Made by a program: the position numbers and the translations under genes. Shown in pieces: positions 18,133 through 28,851 of a stretch of DNA of 64,000 bases. The notes beneath the pieces were generated by a model. That model was not told the DNA's origin. It saw only the letters and a program-made list of their open reading frames with translations, and searched no databases. Source of the stretch: a virus. Lineage: Duplodnaviria > Caudoviricetes. Position 1 is the first letter of the stretch; each line of letters begins with the position of its first letter. Where the stretch lies: the IMG/VR virus record IMGVR_UViG_3300043394_000609; one strand, 5' to 3'.

Positions 18133-20988
18133 TTAGATATTTTCAAAAGAAGCACCTGTTGGTGTGATAATGAATTCAACATCAATGAACTCTAAAGCTC
18201 TAGTTGGTTTGATATAAATCTTACCTCTTAAAGTGTTAGCATCAATATCTTCCGGATCATTAGAAACACTTACACGGAAATCGTATAAACCTCTTTCTTT
18301 TTTGATTGATTCTAAAATTGGGTTAACCAATCTTAAGAATTCATTTCTTACTTGATCATCGTTTTGTTCAAACATCAATCTTACCGCAACTGCAGAGATT
18401 AACTTTCTAGCTCTTAATAACAATCTTCTTACGTTGATTCTATCTAAAGCAGATTCTCTAATTTGTAATGTTTTATTACCCCAGATAATTGTTCCGGTAT
18501 CAGAGAATGTCGCGATTGGGTTGATTCTGTTTTTGTATAGTTCATCTCTATCATCTAACGTTAATTTCTTAGCCGCTTTGATTGAGTTTACTAAACCTCT
18601 AGAATAACCAGCTACTGCGAACCATGGGTAAGATACATTATCAGTCAATGCAATGTTTTTCAATACTTCCCCTGTTGGTGGAATGTATAATTGTGTTGCA
18701 TTATCTGTGTCTCTTACTTGGATCCAAGGCCAGTATGTCGCAGAATAGTTAGAATCTAATCCTAAATCATCTAATGCGGTAACTGTCTCATCTGTTGTTG
18801 TGAAGTTAGGCGCATCAATGATGTATAATGAATCCGCTCTATCATTTTCGATAATTTCGATTGTTTTAGTAACTAAGGCACTATGGTCGTTCCAGTTAAT
18901 ACCTGGTGTAGCAAATAAGTTAATATCAACTGCTTCAGGATTAGAGAATGTTTCAACACCTTTTAAGAATGCATAATGATCTGAGTTAGCAACTGTGTCA
19001 CTGAATACCCCACCATTATCAGCATGGTTTCTAGTATATGTTAATTTTCCAAAGATATATGCATCACCTAATGTTTTAACATTTCTATAGATGTCCCAAC
19101 CATCAAATCCACCAAATACTGGCATTGTAAATTTACGGTAAGCCGAAGTGTCTAATTTACCTTTATTTGAACCTTCAAGATCATATGCTGTAGTTTTGTA
19201 TAAAACCTCATTGTTTGTCCCCAAAATTGATGCTGCATTAGATGATAAGTGGAATCCATAAGTCGCAGACCCTGCATCAGCTCCTTTATAAACTAACATA
19301 TCATTATCATATTTGAAATGTGCGTCAGTTGAGAAACCTAAAGTTGTTCTTTTTACTTTATCACCATTAGTGATTTGAGCAGTACCATCAGCGTCATAAT
19401 ATAAAACATCACCTGCATCATAATATTTTGTTTTAAATGTAACACCACCAATATTATCTTTAGTTGTAAATCCTTTAAAACCAGCAGGAACTGCATCAAC
19501 TGGGTGATCTTCAGAAAGAACTAACATGATATATTTCGATCTTAATTCATACTCACCATCTGATGTACCAATTTTTCTACCAATGTAACCTGGCATATCT
19601 GGATTCATAGAACATCTAGTGTATTTTTCAAGCACAACTTGATTAGCGTCAGTATCATTAAAGTCACGAACTAACACATTAAATTCGCCAGTGTCTAAAT
19701 CAATATCTTGAATTGTTACTTTAACTTCGTAGTTTGCTGAATTACCATCAGAAACTGTTAAGATTTGGAATAAGTCAGAAACTTTACCACCTCTTACTTC
19801 AGAAACAACGATAGAAGAACCAGGAGTGTCCCATTCTTTTACAAAATTATCACCTTCAGCATTTACATATGTGTCAACACTAAGACCTCTAATAATTCCT
19901 TGTTCGAATAAATTAGAAACTAAATTAGGATAAACCTCATGAACATAAACCGGATATTCTGTTTTATCTTTGTCGAATACGTCTTCACCAATAACTTTGT
20001 TAATATATTTTGAAGATGCTTTATCTAATGAAACTGTAAAATCTCTTACGTCATTATCAACATCAGTTACACTTAAAGTGAATTCTGCTAATGGGCTTTT
20101 TGAAATATTTGCGCCACTAATACTAATTGCACTATTTCCAGTTACTCTATGTGTTAATTCCTCAGAAATGTAAGAACCACGTGATCTTAATAAACAAACA
20201 ACTGCGTCAGCATATTCTGTGTTTAATGATGCATCATATGTAAATTTAGTTACATTGAAACCAGTAAAACCAGTTGATGCTTCATATTCGAATAAATAAG
20301 AATAAACAGCATCAATTGTTGAATCGTCCCCTGGCGTTGCTTCATGATAAAATGTGTTATACCAATCTTTGTTATTGTTGTCACCAATAGGTGATGTTAA
20401 TTTACTTGATAAACTTAAACCACTAGTTTCAGTTGAATCAACTAAACCAATAGTAAACCATTCACCATTTGAATAAGCACCAGATGAATTAGTTCCACTT
20501 AAAAGATATTCAGTGATTGTTGTACCTTCAGTAGATGTTTTTCCAGATAATTCAGCATATATTGTGCTATTATCAATCTGATCTAATGTTCCAACTTGCA
20601 TTGTGATACCTGTTGTAGTACTATATGATGTAGTATCTACTGTTACCCCACCTAATGTTTTAATACCGTAAGTAGTATCTGGTTTGTAACCAGTTAAACC
20701 TAATACACGAGTTACAAATAATTGATTTGATTCTTGTAAATATGATTTTGCTACATAAGGTAATTGATATTTTGGTAAACCTAAGCCGTCTTTTGCAGGC
20801 GAAGGAGACCCAAAATAAGTTTTAAATTCGTCAAAGTTTGAAATAAGTATTGGTTCGAAAGCTGGACCTTTTAAAGTCTCACCCACTAATCCCAATGTAG
20901 TTACCCCAACACTTTGAGCTACGAATGTTAGATCCTTCTCTGATGTGTAGACACCTGGAGATACGAATACTCTGTTTGAATTTGCCAT
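18133..20988 (-). CDS. gp18: Contractile tail sheath protein (gp18-like)
   Basis: FVSPGVYTSEKD, GETLKGPAFEP, YWPW, PWFAVAGYSRG, RINPI, WGNKTL, RINVRRL and KPTRALEFI motifs. Confidence 0.95.
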   Translation of the reverse strand: MANSNRVFVSPGVYTSEKDLTFVAQSVGVTTLGLVGETLKGPAFEPILISNFDEFKTYFGSPSPAKDGLGLPKYQLPYVAKSYLQESNQLFVTRVLGLTGYKPDTTYGIKTLGGVTVDTTSYSTTTGITMQVGTLDQIDNSTIYAELSGKTSTEGTTITEYLLSGTNSSGAYSNGEWFTIGLVDSTETSGLSLSSKLTSPIGDNNNKDWYNTFYHEATPGDDSTIDAVYSYLFEYEASTGFTGFNVTKFTYDASLNTEYADAVVCLLRSRGSYISEELTHRVTGNSAISISGANISKSPLAEFTLSVTDVDNDVRDFTVSLDKASSKYINKVIGEDVFDKDKTEYPVYVHEVYPNLVSNLFEQGIIRGLSVDTYVNAEGDNFVKEWDTPGSSIVVSEVRGGKVSDLFQILTVSDGNSANYEVKVTIQDIDLDTGEFNVLVRDFNDTDANQVVLEKYTRCSMNPDMPGYIGRKIGTSDGEYELRSKYIMLVLSEDHPVDAVPAGFKGFTTKDNIGGVTFKTKYYDAGDVLYYDADGTAQITNGDKVKRTTLGFSTDAHFKYDNDMLVYKGADAGSATYGFHLSSNAASILGTNNEVLYKTTAYDLEGSNKGKLDTSAYRKFTMPVFGGFDGWDIYRNVKTLGDAYIFGKLTYTRNHADNGGVFSDTVANSDHYAFLKGVETFSNPEAVDINLFATPGINWNDHSALVTKTIEIIENDRADSLYIIDAPNFTTTDETVTALDDLGLDSNYSATYWPWIQVRDTDNATQLYIPPTGEVLKNIALTDNVSYPWFAVAGYSRGLVNSIKAAKKLTLDDRDELYKNRINPIATFSDTGTIIWGNKTLQIRESALDRINVRRLLLRARKLISAVAVRLMFEQNDDQVRNEFLRLVNPILESIKKERGLYDFRVSVSNDPEDIDANTLRGKIYIKPTRALEFIDVEFIITPTGASFENI

Positions 20989-21025
20989 TGATAATTTTTT
21001 GGTTAAAATATTTTTATTCTTATCA

Positions 21026-21033
21026 AATAAATA
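21026..21033 (-). promoter_or_regulatory. Putative late promoter TATTTATT
   Basis: GATATTTATT upstream of the sheath gene. Confidence 0.6.
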
Positions 21034-21102
21034 TCTTTGTTTTTAGCAAAGATTTCGCAAATTTTATGTATTTAGGTTGTATTTGTTGTTTTAGTCTTTT
21101 TT

Positions 21103-22338
21103 TTAGTATAAATAAGTGACCCCAATTCTAGATCCTACAATTGGTGTGTAGTTTAATATTATAGTTGATTGACCTGTAATGTCAAATCCAGAACCCTCTT
21201 CTTCAACTAAACCATTAATATCTAAACTGACAACACTACTAATTGCACTTAAAACCGTGAATTCTAATGTTGACCCATCATATTCAAAATATTCTGTTGC
21301 CACTTGTATTGGTTTACCATAACTGTCAATGATAACACTATTTCTACCTTTGTAATATGTGACAACAATTACACTACCCTCAATTGGTGGACTGACAAAA
21401 GAAATTTTAGAAGTACCTGCAATATGGAAAAAATCAACATCCCTTTCTTGCATCAAACCATTTATAGTTACACTAAATAAAATACCGATACTTTCACCAA
21501 CACTAAACATAGTTTGTAAACCATCGGCCGGAAATGAGACTATAGTTAGGTCAATTGTTTTATTAACATATTTTTTTTGATAATTCGTATTTTTTGCAAA
21601 TTCTGTCATTAAAAACATTCTGCTGATTGCTGGTTTTACTTCGAATTCATCTTGGTCAATTAAAAACCCTAACATCGTAAATTGATAGTTTTGTAGATAA
21701 TATCTACGACCATCTATTTGATCAATCGGTGAATTATCTTCAACTTTTTCAAGAATAATTGGAATATAGTGACCTTTAACAGTAGTATACGCCTGTCTAG
21801 AAGCAAACTTTCTTAAAACAATTTGATTCAATTTATTTAAATCTCTGAATTTAGTACAAACAATAGTTACCTCATATGTAATATCAACCGGTATTGGTTG
21901 TGGTATTTTATAAATGTCTGCACCCATTTGTGTTCCGTTCCATGTAGCAACAGAAGCGTAATGAAAATTTTGTCTTTCCGGTATTGTTCTAATAATTGAC
22001 GGGTTAGATCCTGGCTGTACATCTGGTCGTCTAATAATACCAATTAATGGTACCTTCATGTTACCATCGTCATCGGAAAACTCCCAAGTGTTAGTTATTT
22101 GTGACCATCTTTGAATCGTCATGATTTTTGGTATAACTGGAATTTTAGTCCCACCAGAAATTACTTGAAAATTTGTTTTTACAAAATCTAGCATACCCGA
22201 ATCTAAATCGTCATGTAACACAGAATCAGGTAAATATGAATCAGATTTTGTAATCCTATCTAATAGTTCCTGTCTTCTTTCTGTAAGTTCTTTACCTTTG
22301 TAGACTTGTATGTTATTTTTTCTTTTTGGTACTGCCAT
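21103..22338 (-). CDS. Tail terminator/sheath stabiliser (gp15-like) with two C-terminal small beta-domain repeats
   Basis: IPVI..RW, PLIGIIR and PIPVDITYEV motifs; duplicated DG..F.V..ING..I.F..P..GS.I.VTY unit. Confidence 0.65.
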   Translation of the reverse strand: MAVPKRKNNIQVYKGKELTERRQELLDRITKSDSYLPDSVLHDDLDSGMLDFVKTNFQVISGGTKIPVIPKIMTIQRWSQITNTWEFSDDDGNMKVPLIGIIRRPDVQPGSNPSIIRTIPERQNFHYASVATWNGTQMGADIYKIPQPIPVDITYEVTIVCTKFRDLNKLNQIVLRKFASRQAYTTVKGHYIPIILEKVEDNSPIDQIDGRRYYLQNYQFTMLGFLIDQDEFEVKPAISRMFLMTEFAKNTNYQKKYVNKTIDLTIVSFPADGLQTMFSVGESIGILFSVTINGLMQERDVDFFHIAGTSKISFVSPPIEGSVIVVTYYKGRNSVIIDSYGKPIQVATEYFEYDGSTLEFTVLSAISSVVSLDINGLVEEEGSGFDITGQSTIILNYTPIVGSRIGVTYLY

Positions 22339-22339
22339 G

Positions 22340-22852
22340 TTATACTCCTCTAAATTCTTGTTCTTGAGCTATTGCACAAGTTATTGTTCTATAATATGGT
22401 TTATACCCAAATAAATTGTGTTTATTATCTGATGTTACTTTACCGTCATTTGTAACAGTATAATATCTCATTTTACTTTCCGTTTCTGGGTAACCAATAA
22501 AGTCACCATATTTTATGTCAATATTTAATTCTTCAAGATGTTTTATGTAAATTGAAAGAATTAAATTACCTGGCTCATTGAATCTTAATAACCCAGATTT
22601 ATATGAATTATTTTTAGGTTCTTCAATCTTAACTAACGCGTTAATTTCAACTGGTGGGAAGTATTTAATTTCATCAATACCAACCTCACCATAAACATCA
22701 TCTTTATCGGTTTTTTGTCTATCAACTCGGTACAATACCAATTTCATGTTTAAATCACCATGAAGGTACTCTTGGCCAATCTGTATTTGCAAATCAAAGT
22801 CTTCTTGACCAAAAAATTTGCTTAATCTCGTTATAGGTAGTTTGTTATCCAT
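22340..22852 (-). CDS. Head-closure/neck protein (gp14-like)
   Basis: VLYRVD..DDVYGE..PVEI, HLEE..I.IKYGDFI and YYTV motifs; neck gene context. Confidence 0.6.
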   Translation of the reverse strand: MDNKLPITRLSKFFGQEDFDLQIQIGQEYLHGDLNMKLVLYRVDRQKTDKDDVYGEVGIDEIKYFPPVEINALVKIEEPKNNSYKSGLLRFNEPGNLILSIYIKHLEELNIDIKYGDFIGYPETESKMRYYTVTNDGKVTSDNKHNLFGYKPYYRTITCAIAQEQEFRGV

Positions 22853-22857
22853 ACAGT

Positions 22858-22865
22858 AATAAATA
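22858..22865 (-). promoter_or_regulatory. Putative late promoter TATTTATT
   Basis: 5 nt upstream of the ATG at 22852. Confidence 0.6.
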
Positions 22866-22902
22866 GTTTATATTGTGTTTGGAAATAGTTATATTAAGAA
22901 TT

Positions 22903-24654
22903 ATGGAAACAAAAATACCAGAAGTTGTTGCTAGAGAAATTTTAGTGTCTTATGACGGGTCAAATAATCAGATATTAGACTGGAAAAGAAAGATGGTAGA
23001 ATCAAAGTATTTTAGTCTTTCTAGAACACAAGCCGACTACATTATTAAACACGAGAAGATAGTTCCAAAAATAGCAAGGAAGTATGTTAAAATCGTGTCA
23101 AACTTTGGTGAAAAATTAAGAGAAGACAAGCTATTGGCCAAAATACCAGAAAAACTATGGTTTGAAAAATTATTGTGCGAATCTGACAAAGCTTACCACA
23201 TTTGGGGTCGAATTAGTGATTCGGATAATTTACATGCTTTTTGGATTCCTAAAGCCGCAATTATACAAGAAGAAAAAAAATTAAATAGAGTCGTTGATTA
23301 TAGCCCTTATGATTCTAGACCACCAATGGAACATCAGAAAGAAGCGGTTGAAAAATTATTAGCAAACAATAAATTTATTTTAGCTGATGACATGGGTCTT
23401 GGTAAAACAACTGCAGCTGTTATTGGTGCACTAGAAAGTGGTGCAAAAAAAATATTGATCGTTTGTCCGGCCTCACTTAAACTTAACTGGGAGCGCGAGA
23501 TAAGAAATTATACTGACCGTCGAACATTAGTTGTTGAAGGTAGGAAGTGGGGGTCGACTTTTGACTTCTACATTATCAATTATGACATTCTAAAAAATTT
23601 CCACACAACAGATAATAGCGAAGATAGTGAAGCATACAAATTAATCATGAATGAAGGATTTGATTTAGCAATTGTCGATGAGGCGCATTATATTGCAAAT
23701 GCCACCGCACAAAGAACAAAGCTTTTAAATGACATATTAAGTATGATTCCTAAGGTTTGGTTGTTAACGGGCACACCAATGACATCTAGACCAATCAACT
23801 ATTTTAATTTACTTAGTATTGTTGATTCACCATTAGCACTTAACTGGCAAAGTTATGTTAGAAGATATTGTGCTGGTTATCAATTTACTGTTAAAGGAAG
23901 AAAGATATGGAATACTAGTGGTTCATCTAATTTAGATGAGCTTAGAGAGAGAACTAAAAATTTAGTTCTTCGTAGAATGAAAAATGACATTTTAGATTTA
24001 CCAGAGAAAATTATTGCCCCGGTTTATTTAGAATTGAAGAATACGTACTATGACGAAGAATTGGAAGAATTTATGCGTATCTCAAAAGAAAATAAAACTA
24101 AAGAAAACATCTCTGTCACATTAAATCGTTTAATGAGAATTAGACAACTTATTGCCGTGGAAAAAGTACCGTATACTTGTGAATTAATTGATAAATTTAT
24201 TGAACAAGGTAAAAAAGTAATTGTTTTAACTAATTTCACCATGTCATTAGATATGATTCATGAAAAGTATAAGAAAAACTCGGTTACTTTAGATGGTAGA
24301 ATGCACAAGGATAAAAGACAGGAAAATGTTGATAGATTTCAAACTGACGATAAAGTAAAGGTTTTTATTGGTAATATCAAAGCAGCAGGTGTTGGGATAA
24401 CATTAACTGCAGCTGAAGTGGTTATTATGAATGACCTTTCTTTTGTTCCTTCTGATCACGCACAGGGTGAAGATAGAGCATACCGTTATGGGCAAAAGAA
24501 CAGTGTGTTGGTTTATTACCCAATTTTCGATAATACAATTGAAAGACAAGTATACAACATTTTACAGAAAAAAAAGAAAGATATCGATCAAGTTATGGGG
24601 GACGGAGAATATAGTGATACTTTCGCATCAGAACTTCTTAAGAATTTAGTATAG
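22903..24654 (+). CDS. SNF2-family (HARP/SMARCAL1-like) helicase
   Basis: LADDMGLGKT, VCPASLKLNW, DEAH, LTGTP, GVGITLT and QGEDRAYRYGQ motifs; start placed at ATG 22903. Confidence 0.9.
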   Translation: METKIPEVVAREILVSYDGSNNQILDWKRKMVESKYFSLSRTQADYIIKHEKIVPKIARKYVKIVSNFGEKLREDKLLAKIPEKLWFEKLLCESDKAYHIWGRISDSDNLHAFWIPKAAIIQEEKKLNRVVDYSPYDSRPPMEHQKEAVEKLLANNKFILADDMGLGKTTAAVIGALESGAKKILIVCPASLKLNWEREIRNYTDRRTLVVEGRKWGSTFDFYIINYDILKNFHTTDNSEDSEAYKLIMNEGFDLAIVDEAHYIANATAQRTKLLNDILSMIPKVWLLTGTPMTSRPINYFNLLSIVDSPLALNWQSYVRRYCAGYQFTVKGRKIWNTSGSSNLDELRERTKNLVLRRMKNDILDLPEKIIAPVYLELKNTYYDEELEEFMRISKENKTKENISVTLNRLMRIRQLIAVEKVPYTCELIDKFIEQGKKVIVLTNFTMSLDMIHEKYKKNSVTLDGRMHKDKRQENVDRFQTDDKVKVFIGNIKAAGVGITLTAAEVVIMNDLSFVPSDHAQGEDRAYRYGQKNSVLVYYPIFDNTIERQVYNILQKKKKDIDQVMGDGEYSDTFASELLKNLV

Positions 24655-24671
24655 TTTTATTTGTGTTCTGG

Positions 24672-24679
24672 TATTTATT
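24672..24679 (+). promoter_or_regulatory. Putative late promoter TATTTATT
   Basis: Upstream of the gp13-like gene on the + strand. Confidence 0.6.
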
Positions 24680-24695
24680 ATAAAAGATTTAATCG

Positions 24696-25811
24696 ATGAG
24701 CACAATTATTAACGGAACTGAAAGAGAAAAATTATATACCCAAATTTTGCATTTGTTGGGAATGCCAGTTAGAGGCGTTGAATTGACAGAAGAGCAAATG
24801 GATACGTTTTTAGAGCTTTCTATTAACGAATATGATCAAATGGTCAACGATTGGTTAATTGAGTCACAGTGGTCTTCTTTAGTGGGTCTAGATATGGACA
24901 CTCAATCTATAGCTAATGCATTCACAACAAGAAACATGAATTTTGAAGATCAATTTACATATTCATATTCTAAAATTGTTGGGTTACAAGCTAATGGTCC
25001 TTGGGTTCTTAAAAAAGATTATATTGAATTAGTTTCTGCTCAACAAGTATATGAAATACCAGCTGGTCGTGAAATCAATGAATTATTATGGTTTAGCCGC
25101 GCAGAATTAAGTGACTCTATTGTCGACCCATTTTTAGGTGGGTTTGGTGGTCTAGGTGGTGTTGGATTCGGTGGTGTCGGTGGATTCGCACAAGTAGGTG
25201 CTTCTGGTTCTTACTTTATGCTACCAGCATTTGATCTTTTAATGAGAATGCAAGATAGAAATTTAAAAAACCGTTTAATTGGTGGTGATCTAACATATAG
25301 AATTACCGCTGGACCTGAAGGTAAAAAATATGTTCACTTATACAATGTACCGGGTGGTAAATTTGACTTTGGATCCATATCACAAAACAATCAAAAAGTT
25401 TGGTATTGGTATTATGACACATTCGATAGAGATTCTTGTTTGCAAGCAAATAAAGATGTTGTTAAATTACCATCAGATGTAACGACAGATGCATTAGTTT
25501 GGTCTGATTTAAATAGACCAGCACAAAACTGGGTAAGAAAATATCTTACAACATACTGTAAAGAAACTTTGGGTAGAATATATGGTAAATTTTCTGGTGA
25601 TCTTAAAGTACCAGATAGTGATGTAAAATTAGATTACACAACATTATTAACAGAAGCAAAAGACGAAAGATTAAAACTTAATGAAGAATTAACTCAAAGA
25701 TTAGAACGTCTTCGTCCTGATAAAATGTTAGAAAGAAAAGGAACTGAAGCAGAGAATTTGAACAAGGCCCTGAAATACAGAGCCATGCCAAATCCATTTA
25801 ACGTTATATAA
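24696..25811 (+). CDS. Neck/head-tail adaptor protein (gp13-like)
   Basis: LGMPVRGVELTEEQ and WVRKY..KETLGRIYGKF motifs typical of gp13. Confidence 0.8.
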   Translation: MSTIINGTEREKLYTQILHLLGMPVRGVELTEEQMDTFLELSINEYDQMVNDWLIESQWSSLVGLDMDTQSIANAFTTRNMNFEDQFTYSYSKIVGLQANGPWVLKKDYIELVSAQQVYEIPAGREINELLWFSRAELSDSIVDPFLGGFGGLGGVGFGGVGGFAQVGASGSYFMLPAFDLLMRMQDRNLKNRLIGGDLTYRITAGPEGKKYVHLYNVPGGKFDFGSISQNNQKVWYWYYDTFDRDSCLQANKDVVKLPSDVTTDALVWSDLNRPAQNWVRKYLTTYCKETLGRIYGKFSGDLKVPDSDVKLDYTTLLTEAKDERLKLNEELTQRLERLRPDKMLERKGTEAENLNKALKYRAMPNPFNVI

Positions 25812-28704
25812 TTGCTGCGTGTAAAGCATAATCATTACCATTAGTTTCAATAATTTCTTCATCTGAATTATTTCTAACACTATCGGCTTGAAACTTTACA
25901 ACTTTTCTATTGTAATCAACCCATTTTTGGTCAACATGTTCAATGCTATTTTCAAGATACATAAAGAATGGGTCTCGTTCAACGCGATTCCAAAATAACA
26001 CTTCACTATCAGAAAGTGTCATAACTTCTTCTAAATTATCTTGACCATCTGCTTTTAATGGAAACCCATTTACTAACTCACATTGTTTTCTAGTAAACGA
26101 AACTCGGTCTTCTGGATTCTCAATTAAAATTTCATTTCTAATTTCTGGTTTAAAAACAACCAAAAGAGGTTCAACTCTTTTATTGAAATTATTAATGTAA
26201 CGAGCAACATTATAATCCCCTTTTAAATCTGGGTTATCCATAATGTCTTTCTCCGGAATCATGTAACAGTTAATCTGAATATAATTTGGCGGAACATCCT
26301 TACCGTATTTTTCCTTAAATTCTTCCTGGAATTTTTTAGTTGGCTTAGAAACCCGTTGTACGTCACCATCTGTTTTCTTAACCCCATTATTAATATAATA
26401 GATGGTTTCACCAAGACCTGCTTTATGATTGTTCTGTAGAACCAATTCCATATGTGCTTGTCTAGCCATAGATGCACCAGATTTTGTTGTTTTAGTTATG
26501 TATTTTCTATAATCTTCCGCACTTTGTTTAACTCTTGATTTATTAGCCATCTTAGCTAATGGTATTTGTTTTTCATAAATCAAGGTAAGTGTCTTATAAT
26601 ATAGATTCAAAAATTCAACACCATCACCATCTAAAAGATATTTTAATCCTTCATCTAAGAACTCAACAACATATTGTTGTAGCTTTTTAGACTTAATGGT
26701 ATTACCGGTAAGTTTAATTTTTTCTTTACCTTTCTTAACTAATTTAATGATATAGTTTTTTCTAGACACATTAATACATGATGGTGCGGTATAGTCAATA
26801 TCTAACCCCATTTCCCCACGCATAAAAATATCATTAAATTCAGCAGTATCTGCTGATATTCCACGATACTCTTTACCTTCTTCAACTAACTCATTAAATC
26901 CTTTACCAATATAAACAGTTTCATCAATATTGTCAGGTGTTTCAAAGTTAACCCCATCCGTATCCATTACAAGTGGTTTATAACCTTTTTCAATATAAAA
27001 CATAATCATCATGCGTAAACATTGTCTCCCAACACAGGTGATTGTTTCACCTTTATTCATATCTCCCCAAGGAAATACATGTGGTGCTGATAATGAACCA
27101 AAGTACGCGTTAATAAAGATTTTAATTGGTAACTGTTTACGGTCGTACATTTCAGCTAAAACCGGATCTTTGTCTTTATATTCTGATGCTAAGTTTTTAT
27201 ACATAATACGAACATTACGGAAATATTTCAACATAGATTTCTGCACCCCCATAACATCACATTCTGGAAACACATCATAAACTAATTGGATCGATGGATA
27301 AAGCGAAGAGTAGTCAAACTTAACAATGTTCTTTGAATAACCAACATTTAATAATCTAGATAATCCACCGGTAATTGCTCGCTTTTCGTCTTTTAATGGA
27401 ATTGCCAAATCATGATCATAGCTCCACGCTAACATCAGAATTTTCCATAATGACGCAGTACCCATTGTGGCAATCCTTTCATATGTTGTTGGTATTACTT
27501 TAGATAAAAGAAACGTTGATTGACTAAATGAATCATCTACAACCATTGTTTCATACAAGTCATCGTCAAGATATTGTTCCACAATTCTTTTACCACCCCA
27601 TTTTTCAAATTTACCTGGGAATTTATCCATTAAACCATCAGTACCTGGATCACCTACTTTCTTATATCCACCTGTTTTTGGGTTAATATAATAGTCTTCA
27701 TTTTCTAAATAAATTTTAGAAATCTTACCACCATCAACATAAACACGATTAGGTTTTTCTTTTTCCAAATATGTGGTGATGTATTTCAATCCCCATGATT
27801 TAATTTCAGAATTAATTGCTTGTGCTCTTCTTACAGCATGCGCGATGTCGATAATACTAAACCCCCATAAAACAAACTGAGTATATGGTTCAACTTCATT
27901 CGCCAATTTCAAAACGCCTTCTTTTGTTTTGATACCTTCCGGTGTGAAAATCTGAGTTAATTCTCTAATATCCATCCCCAAAATTTGCGCGCGTCTAAAA
28001 ATAAATGGTAAATCGAACGCAGCAGAGTTATAACCACTAATTATTGTTGGTTTTAGTTCCCTGATTATTTCGAAAAATTCTTCAATACATTTCTTTTCAC
28101 CATCTTCACCAAACGCACTAATCGTTCTGTTTAAACCACGATTATCTTTAACTCCGATCAAAATTATATTACATTTATCGGCTTCTAATCCAGTGGTTTC
28201 AATATCGAAAACCATTCTATGTACACCAGAATAATCTTCAATTCCTTTAAATAGACGTTTTTTCTTTTGAATTAGATACTGTTCGACAGGTGATAAAATT
28301 TGGAATTGACTTTTATATTTTTCATCCCATGGGTTAATTCCCCCTTTTTTGAAAAAGTTAATCAATTCGTGATAACCTTTAATGCTTTTAACCATATGGG
28401 TTAATCCAGCTTCAAGTCTTTCATTACCTTCGGTTTTAAGTTTGGTGCTTAGAATACCAAACTCCCCCATCATTTTTTTCTGCATGGTTTTACTACCACC
28501 GTAAAAATTAAAACTTGATAAATCACCTACCCAAAGAAATGGGACAAAGGTGTCTTCTTCATAATACTTCCCCTTTTCAGGGTCTTGCATTATCTTGTAG
28601 ATTACATTTTTTCGATAATCATATTCGATACCGACAATGTACTTTTCGGGGTCAGACCCGTTCAAGAAATCTTCGATGACTTCTTGTGAGATAAATTCTG
28701 CCAT
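25804..28704 (-). CDS. polB: Family-B DNA polymerase
   Basis: Exo I FDIETTG, Exo II GYNSAAFDLPFI, motif A DYSSLYPS, motif B KIFINAYFG, motif C MDTDG. Confidence 0.95.
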   Translation of the reverse strand: MAEFISQEVIEDFLNGSDPEKYIVGIEYDYRKNVIYKIMQDPEKGKYYEEDTFVPFLWVGDLSSFNFYGGSKTMQKKMMGEFGILSTKLKTEGNERLEAGLTHMVKSIKGYHELINFFKKGGINPWDEKYKSQFQILSPVEQYLIQKKKRLFKGIEDYSGVHRMVFDIETTGLEADKCNIILIGVKDNRGLNRTISAFGEDGEKKCIEEFFEIIRELKPTIISGYNSAAFDLPFIFRRAQILGMDIRELTQIFTPEGIKTKEGVLKLANEVEPYTQFVLWGFSIIDIAHAVRRAQAINSEIKSWGLKYITTYLEKEKPNRVYVDGGKISKIYLENEDYYINPKTGGYKKVGDPGTDGLMDKFPGKFEKWGGKRIVEQYLDDDLYETMVVDDSFSQSTFLLSKVIPTTYERIATMGTASLWKILMLAWSYDHDLAIPLKDEKRAITGGLSRLLNVGYSKNIVKFDYSSLYPSIQLVYDVFPECDVMGVQKSMLKYFRNVRIMYKNLASEYKDKDPVLAEMYDRKQLPIKIFINAYFGSLSAPHVFPWGDMNKGETITCVGRQCLRMMIMFYIEKGYKPLVMDTDGVNFETPDNIDETVYIGKGFNELVEEGKEYRGISADTAEFNDIFMRGEMGLDIDYTAPSCINVSRKNYIIKLVKKGKEKIKLTGNTIKSKKLQQYVVEFLDEGLKYLLDGDGVEFLNLYYKTLTLIYEKQIPLAKMANKSRVKQSAEDYRKYITKTTKSGASMARQAHMELVLQNNHKAGLGETIYYINNGVKKTDGDVQRVSKPTKKFQEEFKEKYGKDVPPNYIQINCYMIPEKDIMDNPDLKGDYNVARYINNFNKRVEPLLVVFKPEIRNEILIENPEDRVSFTRKQCELVNGFPLKADGQDNLEEVMTLSDSEVLFWNRVERDPFFMYLENSIEHVDQKWVDYNRKVVKFQADSVRNNSDEEIIETNGNDYALHAAII

Positions 28705-28732
28705 AATGTATGTTTTAATTTGACATATTAAC

Positions 28733-28749
28733 TTACGGACTATCCGTAA
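28733..28749 (-). promoter_or_regulatory. Hairpin in the 5' leader of the DNA polymerase gene
   Basis: TTACGGA-TAG-TCCGTAA perfect inverted repeat with no T tail, 28 nt before the ATG. Confidence 0.45.
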
Positions 28750-28797
28750 TTCGTCTTTCGCGGGTAAAGGTATTCATTTTTATTAATATTACAAAAT

Positions 28798-28824
28798 AAA
28801 AAAAGGGAATGTTTCCATTCCCTT
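28798..28824 (-). terminator. Intrinsic terminator closing the late tail-protein operon
   Basis: AAGGGAATG-GAAA-CATTCCCTT followed by a T run. Confidence 0.8.
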
Positions 28825-28851
28825 AATTTTCAATTTTTTAAATAAACTTAA

